Part shown: in pieces, positions 1 through 16,498 of the stretch
Position numbering within the stretch: the stretch's first letter is position 1
How the letters are laid out: each line of letters opens with the position of its first letter
Origin: Leidyana gryllorum EB-2025a
Lineage: Eukaryota; Protista; Apicomplexa
Length of the DNA stretch: 64,000 bases
Reading direction: 5' to 3'
Assembly: GCA_048772705.1 (NCBI GenBank)
Contig: JBLWGC010000042.1
Span: 1 to 64,000 of the forward strand
Program-made: the position numbers and the translations under genes
The notes under the pieces: model-generated
Told to the model about the DNA's origin: nothing
Database searches by the model: none
What the model saw: the letters and a program-made list of their open reading frames with translations, nothing else

Positions 1-684
1 TTGCAGCCTCCCCCCGACTTGAAGCAAAAGGTCAAAGAGGCGAAAAAAGAAGGGCGTGCATGGGAAACGTTACGACAATGTTTGATTTCAGCCGTTCCCG
101 TGCCGCGAGGCGCCCGGAGAGATGGTGATGACAGCGCATCTGATGCAGACAGCGTTGTTGGTGCGGGCCGCGATGACAACGATGACTTTGACGAGGCGCT
201 CTTTGGCGACACCAGTGGTGACCTGCCAGAGGATATTGGCGCGGCTCCGATGCCGAGTGGGGAAACCACACGTCGGGCGGCTGGCGAGGCTCCAGCCATC
301 TCAAAGAGGGTGAAGAGACGCACTGTGATGCCAAGCGAGGAAGAGATCCTGGGTGGAGCAGGAAGCAGATTCGTAGATGCAGACTTTATGGGAGAGGAAG
401 TGGAGAATCAGCCCCCTGTCCAGACGGCTACAGCTTCCCCTCAGGAAGAAGCCGAGAAGATGAGTGAAGGCGGCGAAGAGGGAAGCGAAGATGATGACGC
501 CCACACTGAGCAGGGTGACGGAGAATATGAAATAGCCCCCGACGAGAGCGCTATGGGCGCTACGGAAGACTTCATATGGGAACTGGATGAAGAGGATGAG
601 GTGAGTTGGTTTATGGGTTCTATGTAATTGAAAGTGTAATGTCCACACACACAGGCTCTTGCGGGTGCATTGTTGGGTCTATAG
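1..684 (+). CDS. 3' end of an acidic low-complexity protein of unknown function (5'-truncated by the window edge)
   Basis: Open D/E-rich frame from base 1. Likely intron 601-654 (GTGAGT..ACAG) gives a last exon ALAGALLGL* ending at 684. Confidence 0.6.
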
Positions 685-1313
685 AGAAAAGGCTGGTGTC
701 TCTTCTAGTAGCCCCCATGCACTTGGCAGTACCGTCTATGTCTGACGGGGCGGGGAGTCGCAACTACAACAGGCGGTCGTGAGCATGTGCAGCCATCTGC
801 AGCTTCACGGTGCATAATTTGGTGCCTTTGATAGTAAATGGCCTCATCGAATTTGTCCTCCATACATTGCTCACAAGCTGGTGAGAAAAGCGTTTCAATC
901 GCAACGCTTCGGTAACTTACCTATGCAGCTGGCGAGTAGATTCCTCCATGCGCGAAAAAGGAAGGAGCAAACTGTATCTACGCTGTCAATTGTCCTGAGA
1001 CCTGAGTGCTGGGGAGCCTCCATGTTTGTTTCTCCTCAAAAAACTTTGCCACTCCCGAAGATGGTCAAGTGAGCATGAGATGGTGTGATGTAATAAAGTT
1101 AGTGTGAGTGTGCGTGTTTATGATCTGGCATTCGAGATTTCGGCCCAGATCGGGGGTGAACGGAAGATAAAGGCAGAAATCGCGAAAAAGTCCAGGAATC
1201 CATCTCGCAGTGCCTCCTGAAAATCAATATACCGAGATAGTACTCCACACCGCCCGCACTCAAACCAACAACCCATCTCCCTCTTACAAAATCCCATTTC
1301 TTTTTCTAGCCTC

Positions 1314-3766
1314 ATGGTCCTCGGGAACTCAGCTTGCCATGTAGGAATAGATTTCGGAACCAGTCGCAGTACAGTATGTTGGATAAATGACAATGACGAG
1401 GTAAAGGATTAAGCTGCAGCTGCGTGTCCCATTGGAGGTTGAATTCTGCAGGTTATATACGCATCACTGCCTCAATCTGCGACTGTATGTATCCCTACCA
1501 ATATTGCTTTCGACAAGGACTGCGGGAGACTCTATGGAGATCACGCTGGCACAGTGGACACACCGAACCAGCGATGCTTCACTGGAGTGAAGCAACTGCT
1601 CGACGGACGTGGTGCCATCAGCATCACGTTCTGCGGACACACATTTGGTCTCTCACACTCTGAGTTGCCTCCCATGTTTCTCTTCCAACTCAAAGAGGCC
1701 GCTCAGGCCGTGCTGCGACAGCCCTCAATTGATGTTGTACTCTCAACCCCGACCTCTTTTGGGGACGAACGCCGCCGTGCGTTATGCCGGGCGGCTCAAG
1801 TTGCTTCTTTCAGACGAATTCGATTGATCAGTGATCCTGCCGCTATTGGACTCTACCTAGAAAGAGTACAGAAGAGGGGACTATTTTTATTGATTGACAT
1901 CGGTGCCACCTATGTAGACGCCGCGTACGTATTCGTTGCCACAGGCGCTGTCATCGTTAAGGCCTGCACCGGATGGGTGAATGTTGGAGGCCAGCTAATG
2001 GACGCAGAGATCATCAAAGCAGTGTTGTCGCGTTGGGGCATCACGGAAGAAGACGTCACACCAATCGAGATGCAACTTCTGGAAGAGACGGCACGTGTCG
2101 TCAAGGAAGCGCTCACTCAATATGACACCGCCACATTCCCCAGCATCTCGCCTGCCCGCTTCACTGACCTCACTATAGACCGCAACTTTGTTCAAACAGC
2201 TGTCAAGTCGTCTATCGACGCTCTCGTCGCCAAAGTTGCACAGTTTGTGACGGACAAACCGGCATCTATAGACTCGGCTGAAGCCAAGGTGTTGCTTAGC
2301 GGGGGTGGTGCTCGCACACCCGGAGTCTACGACGCATTCGCTGCAAGCTACGGGGCTGCGAATGTCGAATCTCTGGACCGAGATGATGCCACTGCTATTG
2401 GCTGTGCCGTTCACGCTCGCAATTTGTGGTCGACTCACAAGCTGTCCTACTCGACGAATCTAACTGACTTGATAATGCACCCGTTGTACACCTACTCTAA
2501 CGGAGTACGACGTTGCGTTCTGCCAGCGTGCAGCCCCTATCCCATCAAGTTTACCGAATCCGCATCGAAAGATGGCTCTATTGAGATTCACGAAGGAGCA
2601 CGAGGTGGCGAGACTCGGCTGATTGGAACGGTGGCCCGGCCGCTACGTACCAAAGTAACCACCATGTCATCCGAGGTAGTGTTGTGTCGTAATGAAAACG
2701 GTGAGTCGCCGGGCGATTGGTTGACAGACATTGTTTCATTGTTTTCAGGCATTGTGGAAGACTCGGGGCGGCGTCTCCGATACACTGCCAAGAATCAAGG
2801 CTATTTACATGAAATTGAGGCAGAACGAAAGACTGCCCGCGCTATGTCAGCGATCGAAATACAAGAGAGAAAAAGCAAGGATGCTTGCGAGCCGAAATGT
2901 CGGCACGTACAGATCAGAACTCAGGGCAGCGAGCTTCGCAATGCGGCCGCCCCTCGACGTAGTGTCACAGAAGTGACTGTGGCTGTGTACGCTCATACTG
3001 AGACGGAAATCGTCAAGGATCTCGACAGGAACCATCCTCACAATGTTATCGGGATGCCCAAGTCAAAGGCGCCGCCGTTCCCGGCTGATGATAGTTCACC
3101 CATCAGCAACCTCAGTACTGAGGCCAGTCCGACGGGGGCGATGAATAGCTATCTGATCAACACTGAAAGTGGAAGGCCCAGGTGAGGCCTCGTCTCCGAT
3201 GGATTGATCGATTAATTCTCTCTCGCTGCAGCCTGCGTGGAAACAACGCTGCTGGCTTTGCTGATCAGATCGCCGAAGCTATGCTGGAAAAGTATCCCCC
3301 GGTTAAGCATTTCCAGCTCGATGGGTGGGAGACCAACACTGATCTGGGAGTCATGACCCTCGCCGTGTTCACGAGTCTGGTGAAGACGGCCGATATCTCG
3401 TCTGAAAGCGCTGTCTTAGTCCAGGATCACACTACTTTCACAGGATTCCTGGCGGACAGGTTGGCCAGAGGGATTGGGGCAGAGGTGGTCAATAACCCGG
3501 TTGAAGCTGAACTCAAATTCGAGAAGCCACACCCTTTGAAATGCTGCTTCCTGAGCGGCAATGTGGGTTACAAAATGGCTCTGACAATGTGTGCTCGTGG
3601 TGCGACTGTAATTCTTGCCAAGGAAAGGGGGTGTGATGGGGCGTCCCTTGATGTATCCCTGATACTGGAGAAAGAACTCAGAGTGTCGGTGCTACAGAGA
3701 CTATCAGAGAACAGCGACGTGGGTGAGGGGGTAGTGGAGTACTTGTTGCACATTCTTCGCTCTTGA
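1314..3766 (+). CDS. Divergent Hsp70-family (actin-fold) ATPase fused to a degenerate medium-chain dehydrogenase/reductase-like C-terminal region
   Basis: Exon 1 (ATG 1314) encodes VGIDFGTSRS, the Hsp70 phosphate-1 motif. Intron 1401-1451. Then VVLSTPTSF..RRALCRAAQVA, LISDPAAIG, LIDIGATYVD, VGGQLMD, LLSGGGARTP, DDATAIGCA. Intron 3182-3231 (GTGAGG..TGCAG, phase 2) joins ORF 3182-3766 in frame. Confidence 0.75.
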
Positions 3767-3814
3767 AAACGCTTTAACTTTTTGCCCCCCCCCTTTCACA
3801 TTGACTGGTCCGCG

Positions 3815-4123
3815 ATGTTTGATCTAACACGAATCCCACAACCTCCTGCTGCCTTGACCAAAGTGGTACAAGAGACTGCCACTTTATTGGCTGAGAAGGT
3901 GGCAACGATCAATTCGTCGCTACCTCCCCATCTCCTCCTGATCGTTGCGGGTGGCCTGCTGTTCCTCCTCACTTGTTTAATTGGCGTTGCCTTGTTGGTA
4001 TGTTCCGTTTTGACAGACAGACAGTTCTCTGTCACTCACTCACTCAGCGACGCGCGGCGACACTATCGCGGAGGTGGTTCAGTGGCAAGCGGCCGGCTAA
4101 TCGACAGCTGCGAGAGGCGATAG
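3815..4123 (+). CDS. Small single-pass membrane protein, unknown function
   Basis: ATG 3815; long hydrophobic segment LLLIVAGGLLFLLTCLIGVALLVCSVL. Confidence 0.5.
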   Translation: MFDLTRIPQPPAALTKVVQETATLLAEKVATINSSLPPHLLLIVAGGLLFLLTCLIGVALLVCSVLTDRQFSVTHSLSDARRHYRGGGSVASGRLIDSCERR

Positions 4124-4354
4124 GCGGCAAAGCGCCGTTTGCACACACATATCGACGCGAGACCGTGCTGTTCCGAGTTGGGAGCACTCTATCGGTCCGT
4201 CAGCGGCGGGCTGACATGTTTTGAGAAGGTAGTTAGAGTGTGGTCTACTGTTAACAAATGTTTATGGTATGTATTATTCCATCATATATCCCTTCCTCTC
4301 TGAAACCTATTCAATCATCAAAGTACCAACAACAACAAAACATCGCGCTACCGT

Positions 4355-5101
4355 TCACATATACGGAATCGTGTTATTATAGGAGATAGTTTGGGGACTG
4401 TAGGGTAGATAGGACTGGCCAATGGTGTTGTGGCGTGTGTGAACGCCGTATGTCTGTGGAGGGGGAATGAAGGCCGCTGCGGGCGTCTGACCCGAGACCG
4501 TGCGCGCAGGAGAATATGAAGAAGCGTAGGTGGTGGATATGCTTGGGCGTGCGAAATGGTGGCCAGGAGCAGAACTTGTGTAGTGGGAGGCAGATGGCAT
4601 ATTATAGCTGGTCGTCTGGTAACCCATCGACGGCTGAGTGTACCCGTTGCCGACTACTTGATAACCAGTGGATGGATATGTCATCATCGGTTGGAAACCT
4701 TGCTGATGTTGGTAGTTAGATGTAGTGTGGGAGTACATAGGCATCTGGCTTGAGGCGCCGGTGGACTGACCACCAACCGACAAGATAGTTGAGTTCGGAA
4801 ACATCGAGGATACGTCACGACGCATTGTTTCATAGGTCTTTGTGGTCACAGTCGGCTGCAGATCTTCTGTCCATGTATTCGAGTGGAGTGTCTGAGGTCC
4901 TGAGACCGTAGGGGTCAATGTTGAACGCGTTTCTGTGAGACGGACGAAACCATTCGGTGTTGGTTGCGTGTCCGTTACAGTTCGCGGAGGCGCTGACACC
5001 ACGGTGATGGTAGCGGCATCCGATTTGTCTTGGAAGACGGTGCCCTGAGGGTTTGTGGCACTCATAGGGTAGGCAGCAGAGAATTGACGACTGGCCATCA
5101 T
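4355..5101 (-). CDS. Thr/Ser/Tyr/Pro/Gln-rich low-complexity protein, unknown function
   Basis: Uninterrupted ~248-aa frame from ATG 5101/5098 with coherent T/S/Y/P/Q bias. Confidence 0.65.
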   Translation of the reverse strand: MMASRQFSAAYPMSATNPQGTVFQDKSDAATITVVSAPPRTVTDTQPTPNGFVRLTETRSTLTPTVSGPQTLHSNTWTEDLQPTVTTKTYETMRRDVSSMFPNSTILSVGGQSTGASSQMPMYSHTTSNYQHQQGFQPMMTYPSTGYQVVGNGYTQPSMGYQTTSYNMPSASHYTSSAPGHHFARPSISTTYASSYSPARTVSGQTPAAAFIPPPQTYGVHTRHNTIGQSYLPYSPQTISYNNTIPYM

Positions 5102-5121
5102 CAGATAAAATTTACAGTGCA

Positions 5122-9207
<4,086 letters not shown>

Positions 9208-9251
9208 CCATACATGATTTTGCGTCAAGACGCATGGAAAAAAAAGTGGTT

Positions 9252-10388
9252 ATGAGTACAATGAAACGACCCAGGAAGGCTGATTTTCGGCAGCGAGCCG
9301 TAAGCTATAGTTGTTGAGAGAGCAGTGATATCTAAATGTCTCATTCATCAGCATTGCAATCCCTTGGCCGACAGCTATATCGCGTATCCTCCGTCCCCTG
9401 ACTATGTGGATTGGTCTACCATCTATCCAAAGTATTTTGGTACCCCAAACGAGAGCTTAACTTGTTCTGCAACGAAACTACCCGTCAACAGTGAGTATTA
9501 CAACTCTCGAGATCGAATGCAGCAATTCAAATTCTCTCCTGGTGGCAGCCTATGAAGCACCAGCCGACTATACCAAACTGCAACCTGCCGAGAAGAACGG
9601 GGAGCTTGGTGACAAGCAAGTGACCACTTTGGATGTGGGGTGTGGCTTTGGGGGAATGATCTGTAAGTGACCATCGAACCTCAGTATTGTGACTGACGAC
9701 GCTGCAGTCGCGCTGGCTGAACATTATCCGGACGAACTGGTGCTGGGAATGGAGATTCGGGAGAAAGTCACAAACTTTGTGGGCGAGAAGATAGCTGCAC
9801 TCCGTGCTGAAGATTTGCAAGGACGAGCGGTGAGTATGACACGTTAATCGATCGTCCTTTGTCAAATTTGTTTGTTGTGACAGTATCAGAACGCTGGAGT
9901 CCTTCGGACGAACACAATGAAGTTTCTTCCGAATTATATACGGAAAGATCAGCTGTCCAGAATCTTCTTCAATTTCCCAGATCCGCACTTCAAGCGCACC
10001 AACTGGCGTCGCCGCATAGTCACGTGAGTGGTGCCTCTCTCATCCCCAAATGAATTCGCGCCAGCCCTCAATTACTGACTATGTATGCCTATCACTTGAA
10101 GGCTGGAGGCAAACTATATTTTGTCACCGATGTGGAGGTCTTGTTCAACTGGATGGTCAAAGCCGCCGACAGACATCCACTCTTCGAGAGGATTCCTCAA
10201 GAGACGGCCGCCGAAGATTTCGGCTTCCAGGCGATGCAGAAGGTTACAGAGGAGGGAAAGAAAGTGAGGCACATTTGTGTTAGAAAGACCAAAAGAGATA
10301 CAATAATCTGCAGGCGGTCAGATGTGGTGATCCCATCCATGCGGCGGTGTATGTCTGTCGCAAGGAGGGGGTGGATACCTTCTTTTAG
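9252..10388 (+). CDS. METTL1: tRNA (guanine-N7)-methyltransferase catalytic subunit
   Basis: KRPRKADFRQRA|HCNPLAD, LDVGCGFGG, LGMEIREKV, RTNTMKFLPNY, FNFPDPHFK, GGKLYFVTDV, TEEGKKV; about 5 short introns. Confidence 0.93.
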
Positions 10389-10443
10389 GCATTACTTTGC
10401 ACCGGTTACTCAGACAGACAGCAGAGAGCGGCTTTCATTACTC

Positions 10444-13400
10444 TCACTGACCCAGTCCAACACGACGATACATCATCTTCATCACCAACATTGATAGCAT
10501 GCGAGCTATGACCCCCAAAACGACAATCCACATCAAAGAGACTCCGATCGACGTTTCGGTGATACCCATCAGAGCCAGAACAAAATCGTGCGGCAGGCCC
10601 CAGTAGTAACCGCCGGGCGGGAACTGAAAAGGAAAGGACAAGAAAGTGTACATATACTCGTTGAGCAAGTCTCACCTGGTTGTTCAAGAGAGCAAAGAAT
10701 CCCCAGCGATAGATGGAGATCACCTTCACCCAGGCCATCCAGTCAGGCACCGCATTATCTCGGACGAAGAAACCCGAACAGCAAATTAAGATAACGAGTA
10801 TCAGCGGTGCTGCCACCACAGCGATCTCCAGGGAGGGCGAAAGAGCGGAGATGACATAGCCATAGCCGTAACAAGCGAAGGAGAAGAGGAGAACAATGCC
10901 CAAGAACTTGAAGAATTTGGCCCCGTGCTCGCCTGCCTCCAACTTGACCATGAAGAAGAAGGCTGTATTCTGCAGAATCACCGGTACCATCTGGAAAGGC
11001 ATTGCGGCGAGTGTCTTGCCGAAGTAGTAAGGAGTGATCTTGTACATGTGATTGGCAATCTCTCGGTTATACATTGCTCTCTCTTGCGGGAAAGAGATCA
11101 GTGCATCGTAAGCGGCGAATCCAGTATTGGCCACCGCAAAGAAAAGTGCGCCTCCCAGATTGAGGACAGCTCCCAGCACTGACCCATAATCACCGACGGA
11201 GGGAGCGTTATCGTCGTCTGACAGCGCGTGGCACAGCGGATGGGCGCAATTCTTCATCGCGTCACCGTATTCAGAGAGTCTGTCGAATGCTTGTATCGCG
11301 TTATCGGGCAAAAATGCGAGGAAAGTAGCGGAATCAGAAGAGATCAGAGTACCCGCTTGTAGTTTTCGAGCCTTAGCGGGCTCTCTGGCAGACAGATCTC
11401 TCTGCGTTCTGGGACCATTTGCGCGTGATTGACCGTCCACTTTTCGAGGCTCATACGGGTATACGATACTGATCTCGTCCAGTGTGACGTTCACAACGTG
11501 CTTAGCCATCCATTCCCTCCTGAAGTGTTGACAGGCGCTGTACAGGAGACTTGTCAGTGATAAACTTCCTCGTTCTGCGCCGGCCCCAGGAACCTCAGGA
11601 TACACGCCAGAGCAGACAGCCATGGCCTGGAAAATCTCGTTCGTTTCACCAACACATTCCGGCCAAGCATAGAAAGGTCCATATTGGGTAACTCCGGTCG
11701 GCATGTTATGATTGGCTGCGTGATCATGAACTTCTTGCCAATGGGTGTCTCCAAGGACAAAGTCGAGGAACTGAAGGGTTCTCATAACTTGACCAACATA
11801 ATCTGGGACACCTTTCTCGCCATCTTCCAAATCCCAAAGTTCTCTATATTCGGTGAAGTTGGTGGGTGCGTATTTATGGTACTTTTCCAAATTTAGCGCC
11901 TCGTGGGCACACTCAGGGAGCTCCGCCCACTTTTTCGCCAGGAACCAATCCTTGAAATCTTCAAAGGGCATCGAGCCTTGGCCATCCACACCGTCTATCA
12001 GAAGATCAAAGAGAGGATTCGCACCCGTCCCGTCAATTCCAGTGGTCAAAAACTGCGCCAAAGAGGTGCTGAAGAGTTGCATCGCAGGAGACTCGGGGTC
12101 TCCAATGTCTTTAGGCCTCTGGTCCGGCAGATATTTCTTGGGCATGTCGAAGAAGAAGGCGCCCAGAAAGATGCCGACGATCACTTGTATAAGTATCATT
12201 GAGCCATAGGATGTTGGGTTCCGGATGGTGTTGCGGAAGGCGCGATACATAATGGCGTACAATTCCAACCACCATTGAACAAAGGAGGATCTGGTAGATT
12301 CAGCGATGTCGAGGAGCCCAAGTCCAACTATATGACTCACCGCACTTTGAATTTGAGCTTGGATGCACCGTCCTGGGCCCGCGCCTCCTCGACATCCGCC
12401 ATCATCGTGTTGTACTCTAGTGTCTTGACAAAATGCTCTCCCATGGTGATGCAGAGCCGGTCATTTGAGGTATTTGCAGCGCTCTCATCCCTCACGCGGT
12501 CGATCTCTCGATCTCCAGACAGATCCACATCTTTATTCTGCTTGTCGCCCTCATCATCTTCAGATGCACCCATGGGGGTCACCACCTCTGATGCCACCTC
12601 AATCAGGAACTCGGCCGGGCTTGGTGACAGATGTGCTGGGAGACGAAGCTCTCTCGCGAAGTAGTCCGACGCTGTCTTTGGATGTCCACAGTACAGCGTT
12701 CGGCCTCGACCCATCAGAACAATGTTGTCAAAGAGCTCAAAGATGGCGCTTCTCGGTTGATGAACAGAGCAAATCACGGTTCTTCCCGCTTTGGCTACCA
12801 TCCGCAACACGTACATAATCTCATAGGCCAAGACAGCATCCAGTCCACTCGTAGGCTCGTCAAGCAGGAGGACTGCAGGATTGCCAATGAGCTCTTGCGC
12901 GATTGACAGTCGACGCAGCTCTCCTGTGGACAGCCCCTTGTGCCAAACACCCCCAACGCGAGTATCACGGACCCGAGTCAAAGCCAGCTCCTTCATCACG
13001 TGCTCGCAAGCTTCCTCGCGCTCCTTCATCGATATGCCACCGAGACGTAGGGTTGCAGCGAACATAAGTGTCTCAAAAACCGTCAGGTATGGAAGCATCA
13101 TGTCATTCGCATAGACCATAGACAAAGCGCGGTGCAGATTTCGCTTCGAACCCTTGACATTGTTGAAGTAAATAGACCCAGAGTCGCACCGACCCTTAGC
13201 TCTGATAAAAGAGGCAAGTTTCATTTTGGACACGTGTGTACACTGGTTTTACCGATTAGCAATTGCGTTCAACAAGGTGGTCTTGCCACAACCAGATGGT
13301 CCCAGGATAGCTGTCAATTCTCCAGGCCGAGCGATCATAGAGACATCTTTCAGCAGATTCACCCGATGGTCTATAGGCTCGCCGGTTGGCCCCAAGTCAC

Positions 13401-13605
13401 CTTTTTGAGAGACGAAGAAGCAAGGGAGAAACCATTGAGCCATCCGCTTGTTTCTCACAGAGAATGTATACTTGTCGACCGAAACAGTCACTCTTATGAT
13501 CCCACGCGTCCATTCCCCATGGGAACTTTCCTCCTGAGGTTCTTCTGTGGCGAGAGGGAGCACATCGCTCTCAGAATCGGGTAAAGCACTGTGGGTGGCG
13601 GACAT
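10444..13605 (-). CDS. ABCG (White-family) half transporter with a large extracellular insertion
   Basis: NBD-TMD order. Walker A GPSGCGKT, signature [31 protein letters not shown] motifs [11 protein letters not shown] and [12 protein letters not shown]. Introns near 13253, 12338 and 10677. Confidence 0.92.
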
Positions 13606-13668
13606 GCCGGCCCTAAATTATTAGTCCGGAACTACCGAAGTTCGATCACAAATGTTCTATTGTCAAAA

Positions 13669-14511
13669 TCAAACTGCCCTCCAGACCTGTCTACGGCGGC
13701 CTCTCTGACTAGAATTAGCTTCGGCTACATCGACAATGATCCCAGCGTCACTTTCGTGCGCTGAGTGTGAAGGTCTTCGGCCGCTGGGCCTCACGCGACC
13801 CCCACATCTACCGCAAACGTGACCATCGCACCCGCAACAGGGCGGAGCAGTCAGCTGGTGTGGGGGTACAAGATGAGTTGCATCTTGTGCGACAACTTCA
13901 GGTTGCTTTTGAGAATTGGGAGTTGCAGCTAGAGCTAATTTTGCTTGAGCTGAGAGTGCTTCTCCCTCGTCAGCGCCCACAACGCCGACAGTAGGAGGAT
14001 TCAACATCTGCAACAATGCCTCTGTTCGCTTCTTCTCCGCCCTGTGCTTCACGGCGAGCAGCGCTATGACACCCACAGCAGCAACCACCAGAGCTCCGCC
14101 CACACCGAAACAAATTAGAGCTGTGCAACTGCTCATTCCCGTATACATTAACGCGGCTGTCGGAGTAGATAGTACGAGTTATACCCACTATATTACTCCA
14201 CACAACTTACGGTCATTTGCATTGATAGTCACTCCACCACTTAGCGCGCGTTTGGCTTTAGGTGTGGGCTGACCTGCGACAACTTCGATGTTGGGAGCAA
14301 GTACGTGGAAGTTGTCCACTCGCAAAGTAGACCCTGATTTTAGGGCCTGTGCGATGGCATCACGTGCAACGGCGTCTGGAGCCAACGGCTCAACGGGCTC
14401 GACCTCTTGCTGTGATAACCCACTCTCGATGGGGAACGAATCGGCGGAGCTCGTTATGGGCTGGTTCCATCGGCTTTGCAACTTGTTGGCCCAAGGGTGA
14501 GGGGTAGCCAT
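13669..14511 (-). CDS. Single-pass membrane protein, unknown function
   Basis: ORF from ATG 14511 spliced (intron ~14158-14210) to the ORF carrying TM LICFGVGGALVVAAVGVIALLAV and a CCGC..CGRC cluster. Confidence 0.5.
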
Positions 14512-14557
14512 TGTCTCAGAAAAAAGATTTAACACTTACTTATACAGAGGTGCATTC

Positions 14558-15463
14558 ATGTTTGCACCCCCCGGTGGACGCAAGAAGATGGGGGCCAAAA
14601 AGCCCACACATCCTCCGCAGAAAGACCCTGAACTCTTTCCCCCGGTTGACCCCAACCGTCAATTGAAATCCGAACCAGCCATTACATCAGACTTTGAACC
14701 TTCCAGACGCAGCGTGTGGTACCGAGTCAAACAATCCTCCGCTGACCTGTTGGATGACGCCACGCGTGTGTTGAGCACGCGCACACCACAGGGACTTCAT
14801 ACAACTTCTCCAGATACCGAACATGCTATTAGAGATGTACACCGGATGTATCGGCGATATGGCCGCGAATTACGTGGGTGTCGTACACTAGACGACTGGA
14901 TTGACCTTAATCGGAGAGAATTTGGAAGTGGTTTGGCCGGAGGCGAAAATGTAAGCACAGTCAAGTCATAGAGCCCTCTCACTCACACGCCCTTATCGCA
15001 GCTCATAACAGGTACTATCTTTGGATATTGCTCGGGTTTCGCCGTCCGGGCACTGTCCAAATCGGCTGCCCTTCTTTTCGGGTGAGAATGCTCGTCCATT
15101 GCTCGACGGTCATGTTCCTCCAAATGTTCCAGAATCGGATACATCGGGATCCAGTATCTAAATTATAGGGGTTGGGTTCAAGTGCGATGGTCGAATGTCG
15201 TACGACGAATGGAAAATGGGCTCGACCTTAACCGGGACGGTATCGTGGATAGACGAGGTAAGAACTGGTACGCGTTAGCGTGTTCACTTCTCTTTCTCTC
15301 TCTCCAAGACTTCGACCTGGCAAAGGAACGATTGCTCGAGGTCTTGACCTTCGGATTGCCCAGTGAGTTGCCGAAGCATCCATCCCAGTATATTTCCTTC
15401 ATCGCAGGTACTTGCGGCTTCATGTTAGGCTTCACGTGGGGATGCAGAGGGAGACTTTGGTAG
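14558..15463 (+). CDS. FUN14-domain (FUNDC-like) membrane protein
   Basis: Spliced exons give GTIFGYCSGFAVRALSKSAALLFG|IGYIGIQYLNYRGWVQVRW..DLNRDGIVD..GFMLGF, matching the FUN14 pattern. Confidence 0.75.
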
Positions 15464-15471
15464 CCTGTACA

Positions 15472-16426
15472 TCAGAAATTCTTCTGTTTGGGCGGCGACA
15501 CCATCTCTTTGATCAACTTGAGGGATTGTCTGATCGAGCCCTCTGGGGTGCACAGCTCTTTCCTCAACATATCTGTGCCGTGGCCTATCAGAAAGATGGT
15601 GAAGAAGAAGCCGAAAGTCAGGTGTTGGTCGCTTGGTGGAACAAACTTGTCAGCCATGTAGTCTTCATCCCGCATGTAGGCCAACACGTCTTCCTCTCGG
15701 ACGGGTCGTGCAAACCAGCTCATCGGGAAGCCTGGCTTTGAGGACAGGAAGGGCCAGAAGAAGTCAGCTGGGAAGCTGTAAATCATACTGCCACTGATCC
15801 ATGTGCTCCAGCCGAGGACAGCGTGAATTGCGACCCAGAAGAGAAACATCTGTCGTAAGGAATGGGGAGTGAATTTCAGACCGCGCGGTCGGACTCACCT
15901 CCAGGAGACTCAGTAGCTTCTTAGCGGTGGCATAGACTCCTTGTTGTTGGTCTGCGCCACCACCCGTCAAGCCCCCTGCGATTCTCATCATAGCCGCTTC
16001 CTTTGCCTCGGGGGTGGAGGCCGTCATCAGCTCGAGAAAGGCGCTTGCGCCCTTCGGTTGTGGCGGTGTGGTGCCTTGAGCCCGGTGATACCGTAGCTTC
16101 TCACCGATTGGGAGCCCCTCAAAAACCATTAACCACCGGGCCTCCAGCTCGGGCAAGCGTCGTTGGGCTTTGGCATACTGCACGAAAGTATCGGGAGAAT
16201 TGGTGCCAGCAATCTCCTCTCTACATTCGACGATATCCACAAAAAGCGGGTCGTAAGTACCATCCGCTCGCAGTTCCTTTGCCGTGAGTCGCTTTACTGT
16301 GGACGCAGCATTGGGGTTCTTGCGTCTCTCTTTCTCTTCTGCACGAGAGAGGTAGCGATGGGCCAAGCGACGCAGAAGACATGCCGCAATGAGGAGTACA
16401 TGTAAGACGTCGCTCGCGAGCAACAT
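15472..16426 (-). CDS. GET1/WRB-like tail-anchored protein insertase subunit
   Basis: N-terminal TM, coiled coil with TNSPDTFVQYAKAQRRL (resembles GET1 xQDEFAKYAKLxR), intron ~15851-15898, then two further TM segments. Confidence 0.6.
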
Positions 16427-16498
16427 TTGGACTTTTTTGGACAGCGCTTTCTGCATAACGGTTGACGGAGACCACGCACAGAACACACGGCAAAGCAT

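Noticed and set aside
705-1300. Possible small spliced gene (either strand) between the first CDS and the Hsp70-like gene
   Set aside because: Splice-like signals exist on both strands, but I could not build a consistent stop-free model or recognise a product. Left unannotated.
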